Part shown: positions 32,308 to 44,985 of the stretch, piece after piece
Numbering within the stretch: position 1 is the stretch's first letter
Layout: each line of letters opens with the position of its first letter
DNA from: Lingula anatina
Lineage: Eukaryota > Animalia > Brachiopoda
Assembly: GCA_051362555.1 (NCBI GenBank)
Contig: CM120641.1
Span: 26,790,401 to 26,854,400 of the forward strand
DNA length: 64,000 nucleotides
Direction: 5' to 3'
Made by a program: the position numbers and the translations under genes
The notes under the pieces: generated by a model
The model's input: the letters and a program-made list of their open reading frames with translations, nothing else
Told to the model about the DNA's origin: nothing
Database searches by the model: none

Positions 32308-32354
32308 AATTTGTGAAGATGATGACCATCCCGCTATTTGATTATGATCAGTAG
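32308..32354 (+). CDS. CALM: Calmodulin alternative terminal exon d: (E)FVKMMTIPLFDYDQ*
   Basis: tgtcttgtttcag|AA TTT GTG AAG ATG ATG ACC ATC CCG CTA TTT GAT TAT GAT CAG TAG. Confidence 0.85.
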
Positions 32355-32577
32355 GATACATTAAATCGTCACCTTTATCAGTCGTGTGATGTGCAGGGAA
32401 ATTGGGGTCGTTTAATGGGAGGGGATTGACAAAAAATTCAAGGGGGCGATCTTTGGTCGAATGCACTTTGGAATATTTTTAGCGTTTTATTATGCTCGAT
32501 GGCTTTCAACACTGCAACTGCTTATTTTCATGCTTTGTTTAATCTGTTTTACCATTGTTTTGATTTCTTGCTTGCAG

Positions 32578-32609
32578 AATTCGTGATAATGATGACCGGC
32601 AAACAATAA
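32578..32609 (+). CDS. CALM: Calmodulin alternative terminal exon e: (E)FVIMMTGKQ*
   Basis: tttcttgcttgcag|AA TTC GTG ATA ATG ATG ACC GGC AAA CAA TAA; ATTAAA near 32753. Confidence 0.85.
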
Positions 32610-33797
32610 CAAAGACATCTACGTGCTGGAGCATGTGCAGTACTTTGCTCTTCAACTATATGGACTGAAAACGCCACTTCAAATTATTGTTGGTTGTTAT
32701 TTTTTATACCGTAGTTTATCAATGCTGCATTGACACCGACTTGGCTACTTTTATTAAACGCTCATGAGCAGCGAGAATTTTACAATTGAAAAGAAATGCA
32801 GCTAAAAAAGGGTATTTCAAAGTTTCATAATGACGTTTTTATCGAAGGATAAAGAGTAAGATTTCGGATTATGTGCAATTAGGTTACGTGGTAGTTCAAT
32901 CACTGCCGACTACTAAACGCATGTGACGAAGTTGAAGTTCTTGCGGATTTCAAGCGATCATGTTTTTTTCTCATGTTTTCTGCCTGAAATTCATTTTTAG
33001 TGGCAACTGTTTTAAAACCAGAATAAGGAAGTCAAAATCTGTAAAACGTGTGCCAATACGACTTGAGATGAAAACGCTGTTTTGAACTTGTTTTTTATAT
33101 CCATTCGAACATCTGATACAAAAGGAAATACTTAATGCCCGGAAGAAAGAAAATTTTGCTATATACTTAAGTTGTGCAAAATCTGCACAGCATTTTTCTT
33201 TACAAGATGGTATTTGAAACGGTCATGTAACCATGATGTCCAACAAGTAGACCAGGCTGAAACGAAGAAATTTCGAAATCAATGTGTGCCACTCACTGAA
33301 AAAATTACAATTGAAATTACCAATATTATTCTTAAAAGTTTTTGTAATTGCTATATTTGCATGTGGCTTATAAAACACGCTGTACTCCGAAAAAAAAAAC
33401 TGGAACCACAAGAGCAAGCTCTAGACTCTGGAAGCATGATTACTGAAGAAGCATATCCTATATTGCTTAAGTTTTGGCTACAGTATGACATCAGTTTTGA
33501 TTTCTTATGATTTTCCATTTCATTGAAAATGATGTACATATCTCTTTTATTATTAGAACCGATAAATCTCTTTTATTAAAGATTTTGGTGTTGTTTGTGA
33601 CTGTCCTAGCAAAAAGGCGTGAGCACGAACCCCTATTTGCATGTGCACCGTGACATCCTAGTGGTTTTACGGCTTGCGAAATCTTTCCTCTCATTTTGCA
33701 TGACATTTTAGTGAGAAGAAAAACGAGTATCCATCTGAAGTTGTGGGCGCGAAAACGCATGGCCTAGAATACCGTTAGAATATCTTTTCTGTTTCAG

Positions 33798-33838
33798 AAT
33801 TTTGTATTATGATGGGTGGGTCTAAGGCAGCACTATAG
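33798..33838 (+). CDS. CALM: Calmodulin alternative terminal exon f: (E)FCIMMGGSKAAL*
   Basis: tcttttctgtttcag|AA TTT TGT ATT ATG ATG GGT GGG TCT AAG GCA GCA CTA TAG; AATAAA near 34109 and 34183. Confidence 0.8.
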
Positions 33839-36059
33839 AGGCTTTTACAATTCATAGCCTTTCTTCCTTAAAATCGCAAAGTTGTCACGGACGTGCCTTG
33901 TACTGGGATTGCGATGCATCAGCTGCGGGATTCGTGCCCACGCCTCCTCCCATTTCGTTCCGCCATTTGGTGACGAAGCAGACGAACCAATCTCATTGAC
34001 ATTCTCTTCCATGTGATTTGATACTACACGACCAGAACACATATGACGAACGCCATGTTTTTTTTAGATCACTCATTACTATTTCATCGTCCATTTCTTA
34101 TATATATGAATAAATTTTGATATTACGTTATGAAAATGCTTTGCTTTACTCAGAAATTTCATTTTCCCAACCCGCCTGATTTAATAAAACGAACGCCTAG
34201 CGAAACACCTACGAAAGAAATAGTTTTTTAAAAAGAAAAAAAAAAGAGTTGATAAAACAATACTGCTGCACTTCTATACGCGTTTCACACAGTTGGAAAG
34301 CAACCGTGATATAAATCGGACATCAACGACTATTTCTACCGAAATTCCTCTGTACCTTCTTTTACACGTTGCTGTAAGTATGTAAGTCCCTATGCATCCA
34401 AGCACAAGAAGTGAGATGCACTGTGTACATTGTATATACCCCGAAAGACTCGTTCTTGATCATCGTGAAAACAAGAAAAAGAAAGACTTAACACTTTTAC
34501 AAACAAACTGCGTTTCTTGAAAAGGTGGTTTTAGAAGACGGGGAAAAAATAAACTTAATGATTCTCTTTCGGCTTTGAAAAGGTTATCTCTTTTTCACAC
34601 ACACACACTCATGAATACAAACGCGCCGGTACAGCCTTTTTCACAGCGTATAAGTAATCTTGATCTGCCAAAGCAGTATTTTCCAAGGCAAGCACAGCAC
34701 GAAGCATAAAACAAACTGTGCAGGTGAAATAAACAGTATATATAGGGGAGAAAACGTGTCAATATTTCACCAACATACAAATTTCGTTCCTGCCTTAAAT
34801 TACGACAAAAATGGGCAAGAAGTACATCAGCAAAAATCACAGATACACACCTGTTAGAGCAGAAAAAGAGTGCATACTTTATTCTGTACACAAGATCAGA
34901 ATAACCAGCTTATTACGCTATCATCTGGACACCCAAACCTGACCAACAGATCGGAAGAGATGCGCAGAATTGCTGATGAGTGCAGGGAAATGGTGCAGCC
35001 AATATGATGCTTTGGCAAAGAAAGCGAAAAAAAAAAAAACATAAGTGGTAGATCCCATACGACTAGGCACATACCCGGTACGTTTAGAAAACACAAATCG
35101 GGTTGCGTGGGGTAGAATACGCTAAGACAGGAAAATGAATTCATCCGCCCTAAACAGGTTTTTGGATACTGGTGGGAGGGGGAAATTTTTCGGTACATAT
35201 GAGGATCTGGCATAGTAAGAGGGTCGTAGAGATAAGGCGGGGGAGTTCATAACCAAACCTAAGAAGTGAAATCGACGAGGAAGATGATATATCTTTATCT
35301 TAAAAACATTGGTGGTCGTATAAGCTTGTACTTGATTCTAAATGCCCAGTAAATAAAACACCAACTTTTATCCCTAAATACTACCTGATCCACATTCACT
35401 ATTCTACTCCCTCTCGACAACAACATCGAGACAACTCGACAATAATATCGAGACAAATGAAACCATCAACGACGAGTTTTACGCCAGTGCCTAAACAAGT
35501 AGGACGCAATACAGCTATTTTTGTCTTCTCTGAATTAAATTAAATGCAGTAAACCTAACCACATAGAGAAAAATCGTGGTTTCAGCTTTCCACAGTAATT
35601 TTCCGTATCGATTACTGTACTCTGGTCTCAGTCGAGGTTGTTGACACGAGCGTGAAAGATCACCTCAAGCGACAGTAATAATCGTCTTACCAACTGCTAA
35701 CCAATGGATTGACTTATTAGATCATGCGAACTAGAAAACAAGACAATGACACCCCTGTGTTTGAACTTTTCTAATAATCTGACTGAACGGATAGTAGTAG
35801 AGGGCCGAAAGGGTGCCTGAACATATGAAGCATTGATCTTTAAGTAACTCGCAGGCATTTAGACTATCCAGCAGTCCCCCAGGAATGTGCGTGTATCTGA
35901 ATGTTTGTGGATCTTCCCCTGTCTATGCATCTACGCCCTTTGCACAAGAAAGGAAAGGAACATAGAAACCTGTCAGTTTGAAACTGCTGTCACGAATAAC
36001 GTAAATCAATATCAAGGTGCTTGGGTGTTATTAGGGCCTAAAAGTGAACAGAAACGAAA

Positions 36060-36640
36060 CCATGGGGGGGGGGGGGATAATAAGAACACTACGTCTACTG
36101 CTTTGAATGAATATCACAGATGTTTTTTTCACACTAATAAAGCTTTATACGTTCCATAACGTTTCAGGCCTCTAGAGAAAAATCATTAAGTGGATCGTTT
36201 TGTCTCGTGTGGTTTAAACACATTGTCTAAATCTAAATATTTAAAAGCAGTAAGTAAATAACGTATTACGCGGAAGTTCTTTGATGAAACTGAAAGTGTT
36301 TTCCCTATTTTTGGTCTCTGTGCGAATACCTTAATTGCAAGGCTAAAGTGACACATAATTCTTGAGGGGGGGGGGGCAAAGTCATAATAAGAACACTGCT
36401 TTGAATGAATATCACAGATGCTTTTTTCACACTGTTTGAGCTTTAAACGTTTCGTAACGTTTCAACCTTCGAGAGAAAAGCATTAAATGGATCGTTTTGT
36501 CTCGTGTGGTTCAATCACGTCGTCTAAATCTAAGTGTTTAAAAGCAGTAAGTAAATAAAATCCACAATGTCACGCGTAAGTTCTTTGGCTGAAAGTGTTC
36601 TCCCTATTTCTGGTCTCTATGCGAGACACCTTGTAAGGTT
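36060..36640. repeat. Tandem duplication of a unit of about 300 bp upstream of STPG4
   Basis: Poly-G, ATAATAAGAACAC, CTGCTTTGAATGAATATCACAGATG, GGATCGTTTTGTCTCGTGTGGTT and CCCTATTT.TGGTCTCT each occur twice in the same order. Confidence 0.85.
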
Positions 36641-36911
36641 AAACGCAGCTGAATTGCTAGCCTCAAATTTTATTTACCATGTCACTGTAGGAGCTGCGCG
36701 AGCTCAAAAACCCGTTCAGTAATAAATTACGGGTGCCCCATATTACATCATATGAGCACAGCTGTAATTATTTATTTATTCTATTTACACGCAACGCAGA
36801 TTGAATCGCTATAAAAAGCTAAATCGCTATAACTGTTTCAATACAAATGTACAATAACTAATTCATAACTTAAAGGAAATCACTCGGGCGCAGTAGCCGA
36901 ATGCTAACACG

Positions 36912-36925
36912 GTTGCTAAGGACGC
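36912..36925 (+). promoter_or_regulatory. X-box (RFX)-like motif upstream of STPG4
   Basis: GTTGCTAAGGACGC about 100 nt upstream of the ATG; X-boxes are typical of ciliary gene promoters. Confidence 0.5.
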
Positions 36926-37016
36926 GTCAATGGGTCCCATTCAAAGGCCATATCAACACAGCAAAGCATGTTATAGATTGACTCTACACAGAAGAGGCGT
37001 TAGGTTTGATTCAATC

Positions 37017-38365
37017 ATGGCTCCCCCTGCCACCAGTACGGGGACTAAAGTACACATTCTCGCTCCTCAGAGGAGTAAAACTGACATTTCCGATCTGGGC
37101 GAACATAAAAAACAAGACAGAAGAGCCAGTACTACACCGGCAAAAAACAAGAAACGGGAAAGTATCCTCGCTCGCACTAAAGGAAGCCCAACACAGGTGA
37201 GCATGATCAGATATAAGCAAGTGACTAATGAATCGAGTGGATTTTGTACGACTTGGTTACCGTACAAAGAGACCGTAGATATATATTCCATGTAATCAAG
37301 ACCTAGACTACCCATTGTGAAAGTTGATTGGGGAGGTTGATATGCTCCGTGAACGAAGTCAAGAAGCCGTTTACACTTTTTATGTGTGTTATTTCATTTT
37401 CGATCACCGGGGTTGATTCAGGCTGATGCTTGACGAGTTGTTTGCTCATGTGTCCTGCGTCTTATAAAAAGGTAGAGAGGAATGGTTGTATTGGAACCCT
37501 TGGGTATAACTGTACACCTGCGGTAAATAAAATTCTAAGTTAAGGAATAAATCGCTCTCAAGTGACCCCTACCGTATGATTAATAACATCAAGATTATTT
37601 CTTTACGTGTGGTATCAGATAAGAACCAATGAACAAACACAGGTGGCAACACATGTATATAAATGTATTTTATTTATAGCTAAGGCCAAGTTTGGCGGAT
37701 AATTATGAAGTACCAAAGTCAGGCAGAGAAGGATGGTGGAGATCAACCATAAAGGTAAGTTTTAAAGTTTTCAGTCCTCGCGAGGTTTCAATGCACCGAT
37801 AGAAAGCACAATAACAAAGCCTGTAACAAAGCAGCAAACAGCACTGAAAGCGGAAGTTTCAGAAAACATTCTTCAGCAGTCAATGCAGTATTCGTTGACA
37901 GTCTTTTGGAAAAAAAAAGTTTTAGGGATACTATAGATGAAGATTTATAAGATAAAAAACACCGATATAATTTTACCTTTTTAATACGTCACCATCCTAG
38001 GTTGTCATTTCTGGTATTTAAAAAAAGGGGACTGCGTAAAACTGTTTAAAGGAAAAATTTATATGATTTCTTTTAATAAACAATCAAGGCTCATGGAATA
38101 TTATTTATGCCCGTATTCAGGTGACACCAAATCCTGGTGTGTATGACAGCAAAGATTTTCTGCACGAGGTTCAGCAGCGACCTGCCACATACCGGTTCAA
38201 GGGAGATGGACGAAAGTTAGACGCCCATCCTCATGGCAAAGGGGCGATGTTGTTACCTGGAGCCTACCAACACGATGATTTTCTCTCAAGGTGTGACTTA
38301 CAAATTCTTGGACATTATTGCCCGTTCAACGGTTGCCAGAAGATTGCTGGCTGTCTTCAAGAATC

Positions 38366-38409
<44 letters not shown>

Positions 38410-40314
38410 ATGCGATAGATATTCTTCTCTTTAATTAGTGTTTTTTTTTACTATTCATATCAATGGAAACTAAACCAATGGGTCAGTCAATATGTCAAAA
38501 CTAATTGTAGCATCAATATCCCTGGCATATTACATTTCAATTCTCTACATAGATTGTCCTACTTAACCCATTTTCACCAAGACAAGTTCTCTACTTTTTA
38601 AACATAATTATCTCTTTCTTTGACAGGTTCAACAAATCGAACACCACATATGGCTTCAAAGCTGAAAAAAGAGATGCTCAAGACTTTTTAAATTGGGGTA
38701 AAAAAGACAAGGTAGGGTATCTTCTATCTTTCTTGTACTTTTATTTGAAGCTGCCTTAATGTTAAAGCTACTTATTTAATGGTTAAATACTTTGGTATCT
38801 TGAGTAGACCATGACTTGACACAAAAAGGGAAAAAGGCTAGGCCATACAAATAATAAATACCCCAGTCATTAGATCTCTGCATAGTTTTTTTAAATAAAA
38901 AAGTGTTTCATGTATGATGCCCTTTTTTCCAGTATATTAATGTCTGTCCCACTGCATATCAGTTGGAAAAATATCTCTCATTAACTGTGGACAAGCAACC
39001 TTCTAAGTAAGTATCATATTTAGGGATATTAAAATAATAGGATTTTAGTCTATGTTTACGTTTTTGAATTTCAGTGATACTAAGTAACTGTTATATTATA
39101 ATTTCCTAAAGAAAACTAATGCATGTGTCTATATGAAATGTGCCTCCATATAACTATTGCATCCTTAGGTTATAGTTGATAAATGAAATTAATTATTACT
39201 TACTTATAAAATATATTTTCTATTTTCAGACATTATTTTTTCAAGTCACAGTCAAACAGATTTCCCACTTTTTATTTTGCACCGGTGAGTTATTAAGTGT
39301 GTGTGTGTGTGTGTGTATGGGTGTGCATGCGTGAAGTTTCATTTACCTAGTCAGAATCAGTTCCCTTAACTTTTAATGCTTTCTAAACATGTAGAAAAAT
39401 ATGTAACAAAGCAATGAAAGTTACTATATATAAAAAAAATGATGGTAATGATTATAAGCAAACAAGAAATACAATAAAAAGTAAAGGTAAAATAAGATTT
39501 AAAAACCAATTGGTTTAAGCAAATTAATACTTTCATAGGTTTTGCCTCATGTGATTGGTGACTAGAGGACAAAGTTGTGGAACTATTGATTTAAAAAAAA
39601 GTGTCATTTGTAAAAAGGAATAGGTTGTTGCAAATGATATGGGAAAGTTCTCAGTCAGAAGGTGGCAGTGGTGGTCTTATGCCATATACTTTTTTGAAAG
39701 GGAAAATGGGCATAGTAACAATGTTTGGAGATGTGTGTTTATTTCTATGTATTTTTTAAGTATTCTTATGTTGTTTCTTTTTTTATCATTGTATAGAAAG
39801 AGGGACCAGCCCCAGGAAACTATGAGTACTCACCCCCTGCTGCAGATCATGCAATTTCATCAAGTTTTAAGTCAAAAACACCACGGTTCAAGACATCTCA
39901 TACTGTGAGTGGAAAATGTTTAAAGACTCTGAAAAAAACAATTAGGCAATTATTAGAAAGAGTCACACCGTCAATGTTAAATACCAAGGAAATTATATAA
40001 GGGAACATTTGGGGATTGAGGGACAGCTGAAAATATTAAAGCATAGAAATATTTCAGTTGAATAAATACATCTTGGGCATCTGAAAAGCCCTTGTAAGTA
40101 ACATAATCTTGCAAATGGAATCAAGCATGCATCACCTCATAAGCACATAGCATTACACAATATTAAAAAAATAATCAACCTTTTTTTGCTCTATTTACAG
40201 AAAGTCCCAGGTCCAGGTGCATATGAAAAGACATTCCAAAGTCCAATGTCAAGTACTATTACCAAAATGGGTCGGCAGCATGGATTGTTTTTCTCCAGTG
40301 CTTTTGAGGTGTGA
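37017..40314 (+). CDS. STPG4: Sperm-tail PG-rich repeat protein 4 (STPG4 / C2orf61-like, SHIPPO repeats), about 286 aa
   Basis: Exons 37017-37196, 37680-37754, 38121-38290, 38627-38711, 38933-39006, 39230-39284, 39797-39904, 40201-40314. Motifs [62 protein letters not shown] and [13 protein letters not shown] parallel human STPG4. An upstream in-frame ATG at 36930 is possible. Confidence 0.88.
38368..38407. repeat. (CT)n microsatellite
   Basis: Direct observation. Confidence 0.95.
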
Positions 40315-42179
40315 CAGGACCATTGTGCCGACATTGCTCAGTTTTGTATCAAAACAACAAAATTTGTTTTGCAAATGAGGGCCAGGACCTTTTAAAAAGC
40401 TTCATGCCAAAAACCTGTATGTTTTCCTATTCGTTCCAAGGCAGGAAAAACACAGAAAAAATTGTTATGCCAAGTTCCTCTCCTTTTGTATTACTACAGT
40501 GCAGTGTAAAAACATGACTGTTCCTAACACAAAAGTGCTGATACTCATTGCAAGTTTAAGAAAAAAAGGAAACGAGACTGAGAGGCTTTTAAGCTCAAGT
40601 TTATTGTGGAGATTGGACAGAAGACAAGACCACACTCACAGTTTCTCTCCTAAATCTACCAAGAACATGTTAGGGCAAGAACTGGGATAATAATGACAAA
40701 TAAGCCTTTGGTATAAGACAGGGATTGAAACTGTTCGAAACAAATGCTGATGCCTGGAGTGTATAGTATGTGGTTTCTAACTCGGACATAATAATGAAAT
40801 TTCATCCATGTTTCTCACAAACAAAATAATGGATATTACTTGCTCAATTTCAGCAAATATTTATTTATCAGCAGTGTAGCTGGTCTGTAAAGTGTGATTT
40901 TATTCCAGTCATAATATTTTCAAAGAGAAGCAGAGGGTTAAGTGTTTATTACGTTAGGGTACCCTTTTATAAAAATGCATGACAATTGCTTGTATGCAAA
41001 AAGTGCTTGCATTCAGAAGAAACACTCAATAGTTTATTGCTGAAATACAGTCAAGATTTGCTCAAAGAAATGTGAATGCTTTAGATTTAAGTTTTGATAC
41101 AGTTAGGAATCTCTTTCCCAGTGACAATTGTCATATAGGTATACAAAATTGCTCATATTGTAAAATGAACCACTCACAGGCTTTTAATTCATGGAGTGCT
41201 AGTATACACACACATTTTAAAGAAAGTTGTTCAACAAGTCTGGCTTGAGTGATACACATTATATAGACTGTTCTGCATATCACAACATTATTACATCATA
41301 AATTTTTTCAAGAATAATATACATACACACTATATCAAATGTATTCACTGCATATTAACTTGGATACACTATTCAGCACCTCGTTTGTATGCATATTTTG
41401 CTTTGGATCACTCTTTGCATGTGCATGGGAAAAATGGCATATAATTGTGATTTATTTATATTTTATTATGAAGTGCCTTTGATCAAGCTTATACTCGCGA
41501 TTGACAGGTGTAACGTTAAACAAGCCAAATGGTTAACATAATGACTGCTCCACGTGAAAGTGCCTGCTGGTATAAGAATACATACTGGAAATGTACCATT
41601 TACCTTTCTGCTGTCCGAGCCATGTTTTAGCATGGCCTAGGCATGTGATCAATCTCTCATCTCTTTGACTTGCAGGCAACCATCAATAAATTGCTCAATG
41701 TTACTTAGTCTGAAAAAATCCAAAATTTGTATGGATTTCAAAATGATCAGAATATTAATAAAACTGAATTTTATTGGTCATTGTTTGCTGTTTATTTAAT
41801 TACTACCTCTATCAGGTAGATAACATTTAATGCTTTTAAGTCTCATTCTGACAGAACCTTTAGTTTAATGGAAACATAAAACCCCCATGCCAGTTAGAGA
41901 TTGAGGGAGGTCAATAAAAGACAATATAAATATAAATTTTAAAAAGCAAAAGTAAACATTTCCCTTAAAGTCTAATTAAAAGCTATTATACATAAAAGCC
42001 TCAGATATCACTGTGTTATAACAAATAGCACGCAGTTTCTTTAAACAAACAAACAAACAAAAATATTACAAGCAGTTAAAAAGACTTTCTTTGCAGCAGT
42101 GAATAATTGGTTACTTACAGAAAATGTTACGTGTCTGACAACAAGACCTAAAGGAATACTATCAGGCTTTATAAACAAA

Positions 42180-42741
42180 TTAGCCGTTTGCGATCCTGAG
42201 CCTCGTTTTTGATTGCAAATGATAAATTTATGACTCATACTGTGATATCATAGTGCAAACGTAAAATTAATGGTCCTGAGCACCACAATGCAAATCACAA
42301 ACCATTAATTTGCTTACCCTACAGTTCAGTAAGTTCCAAATGTGGTGCAGATTTTCAAGAGCGCATTACTTTTATATTGAAAATAGTATGTGTTGAGATA
42401 AAGAACTGATATGTAAACAAACTTTATAAATGACTTAGCCGTTTGCGATCTTGAGCTTGTTTGTGATTGAAAATGACAGACATGAGCCCGGGTTTAGGAA
42501 AAAAAAAAACAACAAAAAACTCTGAACATTAATTGTGGAATAAAACTTCTTACATAAATTTTTTTTTTGGTTTAATTGCTCTGGGGTCATGTAAAAAAGC
42601 GGAATTTTGTGGTTCCCCAGAAAGAAGTTCATGTCTGAAATGATGAATTAATAACTAATACTGCAATATCAGATTTACAAGAGCGTATTACTCTTATACT
42701 GAAAATAGTTTGTGTAGAGATAAAGAACTGATATGTAAACA
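42180..42741. repeat. Imperfect tandem duplication between the STPG4 and TTC7 3' ends
   Basis: TTAGCCGTTTGCGATC.TGAGC at about 42180 and 42435; CAAGAGCG.ATTACT...GAGATAAAGAACTGATATGTAAACA at about 42356 and 42678. Confidence 0.8.
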
Positions 42742-44985
42742 GCTAGAAACTCGCTTGAAAGCTGGCCAAATCATTAGATGTGATCACATGCTTGCTAACC
42801 TCAATTTTATGTTTGTGCCATGATATGGCAGTTTGAGTCCTTAATTAAGCGTTCGTGATTACAAATCCCGAACAAAACATCGCTAAAAACAAAACATAGC
42901 ATTGTTATCATTTATGAGGCCCGACTATGACCAAAACATATTAATAACTGGGGAATTACATAGATACAAATGTATCAAAAAAATAACTTACCATCACAAT
43001 TTACTAACCAGTGAATTTTTTAAAAATAAGATGTAAGGACTGTATGAAAAATACTTGATAGAATTTTTGAATATTATCAGTGATAATTAATTTTCCACAA
43101 ACTACGAACTTCTGTCATTGGATCTTGAACTTCTTTATTAATCACATAAAATGACACATCCTCCTTGTGCATATAAATATACAAGAAACTTCTGTACAAA
43201 TGATAAAGCTTCCAATTTTGACACATAAACTCATGTCCAGGAAAGAAGTATTGGAAAGTGAATCAAGACATCTACAGGCGTATCAAAGTAAATCTTGTAT
43301 TTGGCATCTTTATTTGATAAACAGTGCTTCCAATACCTGTCATTGTGTAGCTCAGACCAGCAATAAATTTCAGTTTGTGTTCAAAGATGGCCTTCTATAT
43401 GTAAATGTGTCTTATCCATTTACACTAAAGGAGGCAAAATAAAGTAATAAGTAAAGAATCAAATAACCATTAAAAAAATGAGAGACTCATTCCTTTTTGC
43501 CAAATTCACACAGCAAAAGCCACTAACAGAGTTATCATCCCATCATAGCCTGGTACATAAACTCTTATGGCTCACTCCCAATGAAACTATGTCAGTCTAC
43601 ATAGATTGATCCAGGGCCTTGCAACTGTCAACAGGATCCTTATGGAACCTTTATCAATGTACTTACAGTCATATCCAAACTTTGGTCAGATGGAAGGTCA
43701 GTGAAAATCAAGAGATATCTTTTCAAACTTGTATAGAATATCAAGGAAACATTCAACATATTAAATTGGAATGACTTGAATAAAAAACTCTTAGAAGATA
43801 CAGTTTGAATAAAATTAGCTGAGTTCTACGAGAAAACTATCAGTATAATCTTCAATACTCACTTGTAAATGTAGACCCAGATCTACTTAATATATCAGAA
43901 TGTCAGATTTTGTTTTTAAATCAACCTCAAACCAGGCATTTCAGCCCATATTGTTGATTATTCAAGAATGAATAATAGTATGATTTTTAATGCTCATACC
44001 AGGTGTCCAAAGTGGAAAAAAAAGCAAAGGAAGAAGTTAACCCATCAATAATTTTGACCAACTTATGCTTCAAGAATATAAAAATCTTTAATGTAGCAGA
44101 AGTATTAAAATACTTGATGCTCATATGCTTATTAAAAAAAATACTGTCCCTGAACTGAAACATAAATGAGGTCTTTTGCTGCTTTTCAGTAAAACTGAAA
44201 AATTTAAAGCAAGGTCTTGGTATCTCAAAACATTTTATCGAGTCTAAATGTGTTAAAATAGATCTTTTCAAATGATACGTACTTCCAAAATGTCTAAAGG
44301 GGAGATGGGCTTAATTAAAGTAGACATGCCCCCCCCCCCAAAAAAAAAAAATAAAATAAATAAATAAATAATAAAAAATAAAAAATGTAAAAACATCAAG
44401 CTGATCATTACATAAATTAACACATATTTGAAAAAAATTGTTCTTTTTCATTACAAAAAGATTCAAACAGATTCAAATCCCCTCTTAAATATGTAAGAAG
44501 AAATGTAACAAACAACTGCACTGACTACAATGCCTGTAAGTATACTGCCAGATAATGCAATGGCAATATAAAACAATGCACATTATTGCAAACCAGATTT
44601 GAGAGTAATTCAAACAATGAAAAAAACTAGCAACATTATTATTCTATGCAGAAATACTGTAACCAGTGTATCAATATCTGGAGCAGAGTCAACATTTGGA
44701 AATGACCAGTATACCTGTGCATAGCACCAATAATTAATTTACAATGTTATCCATAGCCAGCTATGAAGGTGACACAACAATTGAACACCTTTTATCTCAA
44801 CACACCCCAATTTCACACAAAACATTAATTTCCCTTTTTCAGGTTAATTCTAGTAAACAGCAACATACTTCCATTAGGTGCAGTTATCATGTCTTTGGAA
44901 ATGAGTAAAACCTGCCTTAGAGGTGTCAAATCTCTTCTGTCAATAATTATTCGGATGATTGTTTGTACAACACTGGAAGATATTG

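Noticed and set aside
34154-34179. Possible terminal exon cag|AA ATT TCA giving EISFSQPA*
   Set aside because: No homology to helix H; likely a chance acceptor in the 3'UTR.
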